NCBI GenBank assembly: GCA_020891255.1
Contig: BQFW01000015.1
Coordinates: 124,001 to 188,000 of the forward strand
DNA length: 64,000 nucleotides
From: Entomortierella parvispora E1425
Taxonomy: Eukaryota; Fungi; Mortierellomycota
Reading direction: 5' to 3'
Shown here: positions 1 to 11,700 of the stretch, piece after piece
How the letters are laid out: each line of letters opens with the position of its first letter
Numbering within the stretch: position 1 is the first letter of the stretch
Program-made: the position numbers and the translations under genes
The notes under the pieces: generated by a model
Databases searched by the model: none
What the model was told of the DNA's origin: nothing
The model's input: only the letters and a program-made list of their open reading frames with translations

Positions 1-1
1 A

Positions 2-685
2 AACCAAGACCCTGACCATGACTATGATGACGACACACTACAGCCCAAAACGGATCGTCTGAGGAAAGATTGGATATACTATGGGCTGAATCGACTGGAG
101 GAGGACAATGTGGATTTGCTATTCAAGTCACCGGACAAGAATGTACTCTCCTCAAAGGATCAACCTACGGGAGAATATCTGGCAAAGGAGACAATCACGG
201 CGGAACCATCGGCCAAAAGCTGGTGGTGGTCACAAACCTCGGATCAGAGCAAACAAATACCCTCGATTGCACTCACCAGAGGAAAAAGGAAAAAGTCTGG
301 AATGACCGCTCTCACCGTGGCTGGATTGACGCCTTATCAACGCCGGAGGTTCTTTACAAAGCAGGAGCATCGTCAGGCGGCCCTGCTGGACCCAAGTTTA
401 GTCATCGCGGGTGACTTTTTCAACAACTTTACGGACTTTGAGCATGCCCAGGGACGGATGGTCATCACCATTCACTTTGATCAAGTGTTACAGGGACAAC
501 CGATGCGTTTCGTTTGCAAAAGCCGAGCCAAGCGGGATAAATCCAAAGGCGCTGTCAATCATTCAAAAGAAAACCTGGACGAACCTAGCTCTGGAGCCGT
601 GGTTCTGGAGAGTCAAGGAGAAAAAGAGCAGACAGAAGAGGATGCTGCTGTTTTCTTTGTGGTTGAGCTTCAGTGGACACCATAG
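2..685 (+). CDS. DUF1769-family protein, 3' part (5' end lies before the window)
   Basis: The frame is open from base 2 to TAG at 683-685. The motif string RRRFFTKQEHR...DFFNNFTDF...GQPMRFVCKSR...FFVVEL resembles the C-terminal half of fungal DUF1769 proteins (recognised from memory). Confidence 0.7.
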   Translation, partial: NQDPDHDYDDDTLQPKTDRLRKDWIYYGLNRLEEDNVDLLFKSPDKNVLSSKDQPTGEYLAKETITAEPSAKSWWWSQTSDQSKQIPSIALTRGKRKKSGMTALTVAGLTPYQRRRFFTKQEHRQAALLDPSLVIAGDFFNNFTDFEHAQGRMVITIHFDQVLQGQPMRFVCKSRAKRDKSKGAVNHSKENLDEPSSGAVVLESQGEKEQTEEDAAVFFVVELQWTP

Positions 686-2678
686 TCTGGAGTTCCGTAC
701 CGTATCAAGCACCATGTCGATGTACTCGCAAAAAATATGGATGCGGGAATAAACTCGACTAGAAACAAACAAATGGGCCCTTGTGAGAGAAAAGTGGGTG
801 TGTACAACTGATGAATGGGCTGCAATCGAGAAATTGTGAACAAACTTGAAAAGGCACTTGACAAGTCCGTGTTTTTCTTTGTTGTTTCGACATGGGGATG
901 AGGATAGTACAATAGGAGACCTTTTTTTCAGCGGCAAGTGAGAAAAACGGGCGTCAATGTCGCCTCGTTAATGACTTCAAAAGCTGGCTTGCATGATAGA
1001 ATAAAAAAAATAGATTAAGGAACCAAGGCCTGCATGATTTTGTTTTATATTTGAAATTGCCGTTATCTTCTGTCGCCGTCATTGAACCCGGGCTCCATAA
1101 GAAGGACCACACCATCTAGGGGACCCATGAGAACTTGCAGCGTGCAAGTCAATCTTGAGTGCAAACTGTCTCACTCCTTTCGTCTGCTGAGGAACCCTTT
1201 ATGAACTAGGTCAATGTGGAGATCATGAAGGTGTCAAGACTTCCTGGCTTTTCTCATGATTTTTGTTCAATAATGGTCTATAACAAATAATGGACGTACC
1301 AAAGCTCCAACCTGCTATACCTCTCGAGAACTCTTTCTTTCATCTTGCTGGTGTTGATACTGCTTCAGAGTTGGACGGGTACATGTTACGCGTCCTGGTA
1401 ATTGTAATCAAAATGGCTTTTGTAGTGCAGAATAGTAAAATGTGAGGGTTGGTTCTTCTATCTTCCCCACCTTCGACGCGGACCTACTTCGCGGCTGCTT
1501 CTATCGTTAATGATAGCTAAGATTGGTTTACCTATCTACAGGCTTTGGAGTGGTGGAAGTGGAGCTACTATGCTTTGAGGCCGAAGAAAGATGGGAGGCA
1601 ATGAAAAAAAGCATTGCCGGCACGGACGTTGACAGTTGAGATCGATCACTGGGCGCGATAATTGCTCGACGATGATAATATTATTTATCAGACTCCTCTC
1701 CACAACGCTCCAGAGAGTAATATCTTCAGTCTCTATCCTTTCGAACCAGGATGGTTTTGAAATAATGTTCTTTCTGATCTGACAGACAGCTCGCGATTCA
1801 GAAAGCGACGTGGAATTTGAGAGAGGGCGTGCTTTTGTCAAAGGACTTTAAATTGTAGTCCTCGTCCAGGATTCAACGCAGAGGCGGGAGATGCTCTATA
1901 GTCATAATGGTGCTGAGATGGATCAGAAATGAGATGAGATGAAAAGAAACAATGCGCATTTCGAACCATGGTATCGTGGCGCGTGCGAGTGAGGTCATTA
2001 TTTCCTACTTTGCGAGGAAATAAAGATCAATTCCTGGAGTTGGCGGGTTCTCGGCTCTCTTTTCTTCCTGTTTCATCCTCCATGGGCATGTTCATTGATA
2101 GACTGAAATGTAAGAAAGCCAAGGCCGGAACCTCATGCGTTTGGACTCAGCAGGAGCACCATGCTGGATACCCGCACAGAATTGAATGCTCCTTCCACTG
2201 AAAGGTCTGCAATGCTGGAGTCTACGACATTCTGATTTTGAAGGGTGCAATATCATCGATCCGTCACTCTGTCACGACTCAATCCTCAGCCAACTTTCTG
2301 GCGCAACAAACCTGCGTTCCGAGAATCTTTAGAGCAGATGACTGCTGGTAACAGAGAACGGTTTGGGCGTAAAGTATATCAATCCTAGTATAGTAGTTCA
2401 CCGGGAAACAACATGCGGCTACGAACCCCAGTATGACAAGGCTCTCCTTCGATTGAGGCGAGGGCAAGGGCTGTTTTTCTGAGATCAAAATATGTTTCTC
2501 GGTACTGTATTGAGGGCGGATCGCACTGCTGCATGTGCAATATCTTGGACAACTCGACATCTCCATGACCAGAACCAAAAATGTATAAAACACGCTTTTG
2601 TTTTCTCAGTCGACAGGTCCTTTTTCTACTCTCTATCAACCATCCATTCCCCGCTCCTCTCGCCCTCATCTTCCACCC

Positions 2679-3289
2679 ATGAAATTCCTTTCGATCTTGC
2701 CGTCTTTGGCACTTGTTGCGCTGGCCACCTCTGCACCCGCTGCTACCCCAGGTGTCGGTCCATTTAAAACTTGTACCGGGGAAAGCCACCTCACTGTCTC
2801 GAGTGTCTCCATTACTCCAGCCGTGCCCTGTGCAGCTCAAAAGTACTGCTTGACTGTTACTGGTCAATTGAGCGAGGACATTACTCAAGGTGCCACTCTC
2901 AATGTTGTCGGTCGATACTTCAACAGGGTTGTATATATCGATAAGCAAGATATTGGCACCCTCCTGGCTGAAGCTGGCACCCCGCTCCCATTCCCCGCAT
3001 CTGCGCCTGGCACAAACTCGACTGTTAGCTTGTGCATGCCATTCTTGAATGGGTTTGGATTCTTAACTGGAGTAAGCCACATCCATCTTCCAGTTTTTTT
3101 TTTTTTTTTGAGAACCAAGTCGTTGTTCATGAACAAAACAGATAAACTGACCCCCCCGCCCCTAACTCGACTCTTCTCTTGCATGTTTCTGTTGTGTAGC
3201 TTCCCCTTAGAATCGACTTCCAGGCAAAAAACGGCAACCAAAATATTCTCTACTGCCAGTACGCAGATATCGTCGCCGCTCAATGTTAA
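2679..3289 (+). CDS. Secreted ML-domain (MD-2/NPC2-like lipid-recognition) protein, copy 1
   Basis: Exons 2679-3071 and 3200-3289 (GTAAGC...TAG intron). Signal peptide MKFLSILPSLALVALATSA. ML-like core SVSITPAVPC..YCLTVTGQLSEDITQGATLNVVGRY. Ends LYCQYADIVAAQC*. TATAAAA at 2584-2590. Confidence 0.8.
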
Positions 3290-4243
3290 TTAGATCCTCT
3301 GATTCGCCTTTGGTTTCTGTTTGCACCTCGAACAACAATGTGCTCCACACTGCGAATTAAAGAAAAGGTTTAGAAGCTAAAAGCTGAGCAGATGGAGCTG
3401 ATATAGACCAACTCAGGAATTTCATCTGATCTTGATCAACCAAAGTCCAACGCGCAGTGAAGGACTTCGAGATGTTGGAGACGCTGTTAAGTGGAGAGAA
3501 GAGATGACCTCGAGAATCCAAGCGATGTGCCAGGTCGAGAGCGGGGTTTCTATTTCCAGCCAAAATAAGGAAGCCCATATATACCCACCGACCGGTCCAA
3601 TGATCGTGGCACGGTCCGCGTCACAACGCGTCTTCACGGTCCCACATCAGTTCAACCATGCACATGGTACACATGGTCCTCCCTCTCACTGAACCTTACC
3701 AATAGTTTTAAATCAAACATTTCTCTGTACCGATTTGCAAGTGTAGGAAGGGTCGCATTGTGGACTTCAACAGATCGATGAATAGTATCTTTGGACAAGA
3801 AAAGCTCTCTGTAATGCGAGGCACAAAAAAAAAAAGAAAAAAAAACTTTTGTCCGTTGGAGGGCGGGGGGGCGTATCTTTCGACATGGGCAAGCGTTCTG
3901 TCTGCGTCTTTCAAATGACGAAACCATGTGAGCAAGACACGAGTAAAAAGCAATGGTGGGTGGGCGAATAAATGTAAGGTTTCTCGATTTGTTTTCAACA
4001 AAAGCCAAACACGATCAGATAAGGTTGCGCAGATAACCTGCCCTTGAGGGTAGCAGGAAGTTGTGGAGAAACGTGGTTCGTAGATCCATAGACGAAAGAA
4101 AAAGTAAAGGGTGTATGGTCGGTCTGATCAGAGCTGGTGAATAAATAGACGCGTCTCATCCCTCAAATCGAACTGTCTCCTTCTCGTCGCTTTTACATCA
4201 ACTTCCCAACTTCTTGGGTTGCCCCCACCCTTACTTTTCATTT

Positions 4244-4846
4244 ACAAAATCCTTCTCAAACCTATCGTACTTGGCTCTTGATGCGTTGACCACATCTTCT
4301 GCCGCTGGGATTGCGATCCCCCTCCAGCGTGGGTCTGTTTACCAACGTGCTTCTGGAGAAAACGAGGTTGCTATCTCAAGTGCCTCGATCACCCCAACTT
4401 TGCCCTCCCCTGGTCAAAACATGTGCTTGAACGTTTATGGTCAATTGAACGCGGAACTCACCGCAGGAGGCAACGTCAATATCGTGGGTCGATACTTGAA
4501 CAAGCTTGCTTTACTCTGACGTGATTGATCTTGCCACCCTCAAGACTGCGACTGGCACCCCACTCCCCATCCTCGCTGCGGTACTTTGGACAAACACGAC
4601 TCGTAGCGTGTGCTCGCCTCTCAAAACAGCACTCCTGACCAGAGTAAGCACCATCCGCTGATCGAGCTTTCAAAAAAGACTGACGGGTTCAGTGAGAACC
4701 ATCTCTCTAATGAAACAAACAATCTTTCTACGCTCTGATGTTCTGCGTCGATCCCACAGTTCCAATTCAATTTCAGTTCTCGAGTACAACGGCACGGCTA
4801 TCCTCTCTTTTGTGAGACTGCTTCGATTTCCGCCACGACATGCTAG
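4244..4846 (+). pseudogene. ML-domain gene copy 2, pseudogene
   Basis: Colinear with copies 1 and 3 (VYGQLNAELTAGGNVNIVGRYLNK, same GTAAGC donor, last exon ending ATTC*). The start codon is ACA, there is a frameshift near 4510, and further shifts occur in exon 2. Confidence 0.8.
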
Positions 4847-6315
4847 ACATATATATCCTCCTTTTTTTTCGTTTGGCTCTCTGGCCACGTTGTCTAGTGT
4901 TGTTGGCTGGTCACATTTCTAAACCCACGCTCTCTGAAATAAGCGATGGTCAATGGTGATTTGAAGCCCAAAAACCAGAGAATAACGTGATAATCCAAAA
5001 CGATGAACCCAAAACAGGCTCCACCACCAACAACCGGCAGAAGCTTCATAGCTGCTTGCTCAGCCGAACTGCCGGTTGAATTACTTTTTTTTTTTTTTTG
5101 TTGTGTGGACACAACAGTGCAAGAAGGTTTGGGCGGAGGGTTTAAGGAGAATGGTCTCTGGCACGAGCTTCGATCAGCCCACTCTTCTTGCAGTCTGTCC
5201 CTTTGTTGACTTGGAACACTGGACATGGCAAATTTGGAACGACCAAGGGGATCCATGGCCAGAAGAGAGGTCCTCAATTCAGCCTACGTTATCCGCAGAA
5301 AGAGACCACATCGGCTTCTTCGACAAGAACAGTATTTTACTAAATTGCTTCGAAAAGAAAAGAGTCGATGTATATTTGAGCAAAAGCAAGGTCCTGGGAG
5401 GATGTCATCATTGGGGGGATGTAGACAAAATGGATGGCGTCAGACTTCCTTTTTTTTTTTTTTTCTTTTTATTTGTTGACTATGAGCTTTCGTGTTCAGA
5501 AGGTGGGCGAATGTGGGGGCGCAAAAGTGAATGGACACGGTTGTGGGGAGCGAATGCATGCGCGCGAATTTAGGCGCGTGGACTTTGTTTTCGAAAAAAA
5601 GCACAAATCAAACCTACATTCATGAGCATGGGCTACACAAACAATCTCCCGGCCGCCTATTCTTCTAATTAGATGATATGGATGCGAGTGACAAGGTCAA
5701 GTAGTTTCTCGGTGTTGGGAGTGGGAACTGAAGGCATTCAAGGATTGCCGCAACCGACAGCTAGTTCCAATGGCGCCAATTTGTTTCGGAAAAGAAAACG
5801 CGCGCAGAAGAGCTCCACTTTCTTCAGAGTCATTTCTTTCCCACCGCTTTTATAGTGGCAATTACAAGGAATGTACAAAGATTGTCTGCAGTGGGTAAAC
5901 CATGTGGAGAATGAGTACAAGCATACATGCGTACATGTACAAAGATGGCACCGGAAGCGCCGCCCGAAAATTTGCAAGGCACAACAGCCTTGGTCGCACC
6001 AACTTAGTCCTGCGATGCAGCCTCCAGACTCAACAAACCGGCCAACGGTTGGGGCGGAATCACGTCCGTTTGTGAAGATCGAAGGCGAGGAATACTATTG
6101 CTTTGAGTGAGTGGAGATGAACAAGGCTTACTTCGCCGTCAACTTGGGGGCGAGGGGTTGCAGGCAACGTGAAGTTGGCCAACTTGACTCACCCATAGAA
6201 ACGTAACAAATATAAAAGACACGCTCGTCTCTCGTATTATCAACTTTTTTTTCTACTTCACTCTCCACTCACTCCACTTAATTCCCCAGGTCTCCTTTGT
6301 CCTCGCCTATCTGTC

Positions 6316-6936
6316 ATGAAATTCCTTTCGACTGTGTCATCTATGGCATTTGCAATGCTGGCCATCCCCGCCGTATCCGCTATTGCGCTGCCAGTTCCGG
6401 GAGTCGGCCCGTTTACCAATTGTGCAGCCAGTTGTGCAGCTGGGATTTGTGACTTTACCGTCTCGAGTGTCTCTTTCACCCCTGCTGTACCCTGCATTGG
6501 TCAGAAGTACTGTTTGGCTGTGTCTGGTCAATTGAGCTCGGACATTATCGAAGGCGGTGCACTCACAATCATCGGTCGATACTTAAACAAGGTCGTTTAC
6601 ACTGACACTCAAGACCTGGGTGCAGTTTTGGCTGCCCAGGGGACTCCCCTTCCATTCCCCGCCTCGGCGCCTGGTCAAAACACAACTTTTACCTGGTGCA
6701 GACCGATTAATCCAACGTTCTTTGCTGGAGTAAGTCTTGCAATATCCGCTGATCAAACTGAAAACTACTGTAAAGCCCGCCTGCACTAAACATCGTTTGG
6801 CTCTCTCTCCCTTCTCTCTTTCTCTCCCTCTAACCCCTCTCTGTAGATCCCCGTTCAGTTCCAGTTCTTGGCGATGAATGGCAACGGCCATACCCTGTAC
6901 TGTCAGGCCGCCCAGCTTGTTGCTACAAGTTGCTAA
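6316..6936 (+). CDS. Secreted ML-domain protein, copy 3
   Basis: Exons 6316-6729 and 6847-6936. Signal peptide, PGVGPF motif, same intron position as copy 1, ends LYCQAAQLVATSC*. TATAAAA at 6211-6217. Confidence 0.8.
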
Positions 6937-7544
6937 TTGGTATCCTCTACTTTATTTTGCCTCCACTTTTAGTCCTCTCTTTGAAGAGGGTAGGCTGATA
7001 TATATTCTAAAAGTTACAGCAGGTTCTGAAAATAAACAAGAGTAGGAGCGCAGAAATAGACCCAAGTCAAGTCAGTCTCTGTTCGCAAACGCTCTGATAT
7101 AGAATAAGAGAACGAAAGGAAATAAAATGCCCAGTCGATTGAGAAGCGAGGTTTGGCTCTTTATTGCTCCAGCTCTTCCCATCAAGGGGTCCAGTTGGTC
7201 CGTATGCAAAATCCTATCCTGTTGGGCCCCTCGTCCTAGTCGCGCCTTCCCAAATACAAAATGAGTGCTTTCGTGGGGCATACACAAATATGGATTGCGC
7301 GTCGCTGCAAGGTTTTTGAGAGAGCCGCGCTCATTTTTTTCGGTTAAAGAACAAGATGTGTACTTCACCCGATTGATGGCAATGGACAAGGTCCTTCTAT
7401 CTATCAACTGTTGGAAAGGATCACAGGTGATGCATGCCGATCAGTCGGATTCTTCTGACCAACAAGCCTCTTTTCCTCATCATCGGAGCGTTTTTTATTC
7501 ATTTTGCTCTTTGCCTCATCCTTCATTCTTCTTGTTCAGGCCTT

Positions 7545-7830
7545 AAAACACCTTTCGGTCTTGTCGTTAATGACACTGGCGGCATTGGCAATGGCCAGCG
7601 CCGCCGCCTTTTACGCAACCTGGCCCAGGCGCCGGCCCTTTTAGCTAGGTGCTTTCATTAGCTCGGGACCCAACTATCCTTTCATAGGATGAATTATATG
7701 CCGTGAGCCATTGTCCGCTCACAAAACCAAGCGCCTATTCAGAAGCGTTTTGGGTCAGACATGGCTGGCCTGCCACTAGGATCTGAGATTTACTCAATCA
7801 TAGGTACTGGTGTGTTGGAGAATCAAAGAA
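7545..7830 (+). pseudogene. Heavily decayed fourth ML-gene remnant
   Basis: Signal-peptide-like HLSVLSLMTLAALAMASAAA, then (frameshifted) PGAGPF at about 7625-7642 matching PGVGPF of copies 1 and 3. Stops follow and similarity fades. Confidence 0.45.
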
Positions 7831-8715
7831 ACAATGGGATGAGCTCTCCACAGAACATTTGAAGCACACATCTGTCGACCTTTTTAAGAAGCTTCACTTG
7901 ATATCAATATACCGATACAAAGAAAGGGTGAACAGTTCAAAAAACGTGCGCAATTCTTCTCTTTCTTCTCTGGCGGCGATGGCTTCAAGGCCTTCCAGCT
8001 GCGAGCCAGTCCCGTGGGCGCGTACATATCACTGTTTCACGAATACCAGGCCTATGCTCTTCCTGTGGAGGCTGGGGATTGGGTAGATCAATTTGCGGGA
8101 CTCTGGTTTCTTCTCCGAGTCAAGGTAATCATTCTAAAAAAACAACCCTCCAAAATATTGGTACACTAATACATCGACTTTCATTGTAACATAAGATCGC
8201 TGCCACGAACGCGATCAACCTTTACAATCGCCAACCCCAGCGGTCCTTACGGGATCTCTCCGACCAAACATCCATAATCCATAATGAGGATCCACATCCC
8301 TCTGACTTCACACTCCGGAGCTTGCCCTTTGGACTTGAATCTGAATAATGGCAGCGATGGGCTGCAATCAGTTCTCTGTCCTAGCCTCCCCCCGGGAGTT
8401 GTTGCCTAACGGCAACGTTGTATACCTGACGCTCTTCATGCTTCTTCGTTGCACCTCAAATTCATCGATGACAAACCATCGCGAATGCTATTGATCAATA
8501 AACCCGCCGCTCAACTGAAGCGTCTTCGAGTTTGCAATTGTGCTTTTACCTGTTTGCTTTCCTCTTCCTCATCTTTTCCTTCTAGCGCCCCAAGGCTGCT
8601 TACCGAAAGCGAATGACTTCAAGAGTTCCATTCTCCCAGTGTGTATACTCGTCTCGTCTTTCCTTCTTTTTCTTTAATTTAGTCCAGAAACGTCTATCTA
8701 TCTTTTTTGCCCATT

Positions 8716-11700
8716 CTACAAAGAATTGAGAATGGTCTTGACGGTCGGCATGCGTTTCAAGATCGACTCGGCAGAAGCTCGCACCACTTTAGGCTCCAGC
8801 TTCACCGTCACCTCCTCTTCCTTCATGTGGACCGCAATGTTCTCTTTATCTTCCTCTCCCTCTTCTTCCTCCTCCTTCACTTTGACCCCGGCCAAGGCTG
8901 TCTGTTGGTGCAGGGAAGGATGACCAGGAGGACGAGTCAGCAGCGGATGCAGATGATGAGCTCCCAGACCCAATCGCAGGACCCAGTCCTGCCGTTCCAT
9001 CAACTTCAGAAACTGCTCAAAGACCTCGGATCCCTGGAGAGTCTTTCGGGATCCAATGACAATCAGCTTCTTCTTGGCCCTTGTAAACGCGACATTGATC
9101 CGGCGCCAGTCCTTCAAGAGATCGCCTACATGCTGCTCCGCATTCGATCGCACCAATGACACGATCACGCAGTCCTTGTCCTTGCCCTGGTACCGATCCA
9201 CTGTATGGATATCCAGCGACGGTCTCGTCGACGCCAGCAACCGCGACAACACTCTCAATTGTGCTCTGAGGACTGAAATGATACCAATATCACTTTCTGC
9301 AATCCCTCCGCTAATCAACGCCTCCGTGATCTGCCAAACCAAAAGCGCCTCTGTTGGGTTCTGCGTCGACTGACCTACTCGCACTTCCACAGCGGGGATC
9401 TCGTCCGTGTCAATGAAGACCACCGATCGTCTTGCATCCAATGTCGTTTCCAACCAACAGCTCGCTCCTCCTGCGCAACTTATTGTATCCTTGGCGGTTG
9501 ATGATGAGGATGAAACATCGATTCCATGGCAGCGGCGACGGAAACCATCCATGTTTGGAATCGTGAGAACTTTGTTTGCCACTTCTTCGTTTGCACACTG
9601 CAGCTGATTCTGGTATACGAGTGTGTTGGATAGCAACATAACATCCTTGTTCATACGATATTGGTGTGTAAGCGAGGTCACCGCTTCTGGGTAATGATCC
9701 GAGAGAATCTTGAACAAACTCTGGTCATAGCCGCTCTTCCTAGCCTCTGCATTCTTGACCTATAGGGAAGACATTTGGTGCCAAAAAAAATTGAATAAAA
9801 ATATTTAAAAAAAAAAATCGATGATAATTCCCAAAACATACCAGAGGGGGCAACTGGTTATGATCTCCCACAAGAACAAAGACGTCGGCAAAGCGGATAG
9901 GTCCCAAGCATGCTGGTAGTGTGATCTGGGATGCCTCGTCGACAATGCAGTAGTCGAATCGCTTCTCTGCGAAAAGTGGGCTAAAGAAACAAGGTAATTT
10001 AAGCAACAAAATCCAAAAATCCTGAATAATTTCAGATCCTTACAATAAAAAGGGTAATATCACTTACTCGCCAATTCCCAAGCACGTCGTCCCTACAACT
10101 TGACATCTCCCGTAAAAGTTGTGGATTGCCTCTGGAGTGTTCAAAGGCGCCTGAGAAAAATCCGGGACCAGTGGCTGAATGTCTCGGTGAACCTTGTCCT
10201 TGTTGCCCAGACGGATCGTGTTGATATCAGGGTGGAGTTTGAGCAGCACATTGTCCACCGCCGTGTGTGTGTACGAAGTCAACAGCACAGACTTTCCCCG
10301 GCTGACGAGGGTGTGGATCAGCTCTGCGATCGTCGTTGTCTTTCCGGTTCCTGGCATTCCGAGAATGAGCGTGTAGTCCCTGGCGGCAAGCACCTTCTTG
10401 ATCGTTCTCATCTGATCCTGGTTCAGATGAGCACTCTCCTGCGTGGCACTATCCATGGATTCGAAAACCGGCCTTCTCAGGTCCACGATCAGCTCTCGCC
10501 GTTTGGAGTCTCCGCCGTGTGCATCCGCTCGAAATAGCTGAACTAAATTGTTCCTTGTCCTAGAAATTCCTGCAGACATCTCATCCTTGTCGATTCGGAA
10601 TCGAATGTTTTCCTTTTCCAGACGTTCGTGATACTGGCCCAACCTGTCACTCCTAGTTTCGCTTTGAGGTCCTTCTGAAATCTCTATCAGCCCTCGATAG
10701 GACTGGTTGGACCGATAGTCATATCCTGGCTGTCGAAGAGGCGGTCCAACAAGTGCCTTGTCAAGCGCTACCGTGATCTGGCTCATCGTCAGTGAGAGCA
10801 CCTGGCCAATCGCAAGGGCGTAATGGTTGTTGTCAGATGACAGTACAATGGGATCTCCCACAGAAATGTTGGAGCTGAGAAGAGAAGACCCATTGCGCAA
10901 CGTCTGGGACAATGACTGCTGACTCATCGACGGCAAAGGAGTTCCCAGCTTGAAACTGTAATAACTCCCGAAACGACTCGCGAGAGAAGTATCTGGTTGT
11001 TCGTCTTTTACTCCCTCGGTCCCGTTGTTCATGGATACAGGTACCAACTGTAATCCTCCTAGACAATCACCAGCGACCTGGCGATCTTTGCCCTGCATGG
11101 CCCATATCTGACTCTGGAATTTGGTAACATCTCCTTGCTCCAGAGACAGCAGTCGATTCCATTTGCTCAAGAACTCGGCATGGACGGAATTCAAATGGTC
11201 GGTCGCCTCGTCAAACATCTTGCCTATTCCTGCGGACTCAGTTGTCCCTTCCTCCAACAACTTGTGAAGGACCGTACAAGACGAAAACGAGAAACACCAT
11301 TTGCACTTTTGTTCGCTCTTGACCATGGGTGGCATGGTGTTGGACTGTCCTTCATAGAATGCGACTTCGTTCCTCTGCATGATGATCACCCGTACTTCAT
11401 GGTGTGGTGCTGGCACACGAATGAACTCGCCAGTCCTCAGGTAAAAGAGCAGGCCCCACTGGACATCGACATCTAAAAATAATCAATGACCAAATTCGTC
11501 AGAAAGAGCTCGTCTTCAGCTTGTAAAACTTCAGCAGCTTCACCAATCTACTCACCATATCTATCCGTCAACAAAAGTGTGTAGAGCATAGTCTGAGCTC
11601 GGTGATCAATCACGTTGGACTTTTTGCCAGTCTTCAATTCAAACGGCACAGTGAGCGTCCGCGTCTCCTCTTTCGTTTGGACGGTAACCTGGATGGTGGC

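Noticed and set aside
1100-2590. Fragmented minus-strand ORFs with LRR/F-box-like snippets (TPALQTF, VPALAFLHFS, LPPLQSL)
   Set aside because: There are many stops and no continuous alignable domain. It may be a decayed gene, but this cannot be supported without a profile search.
5200-6150. Coding-looking stretches between ML copies 2 and 3 (possible transposon remnant)
   Set aside because: No recognisable transposase or RT motif, no terminal repeats, and the frames are interrupted.
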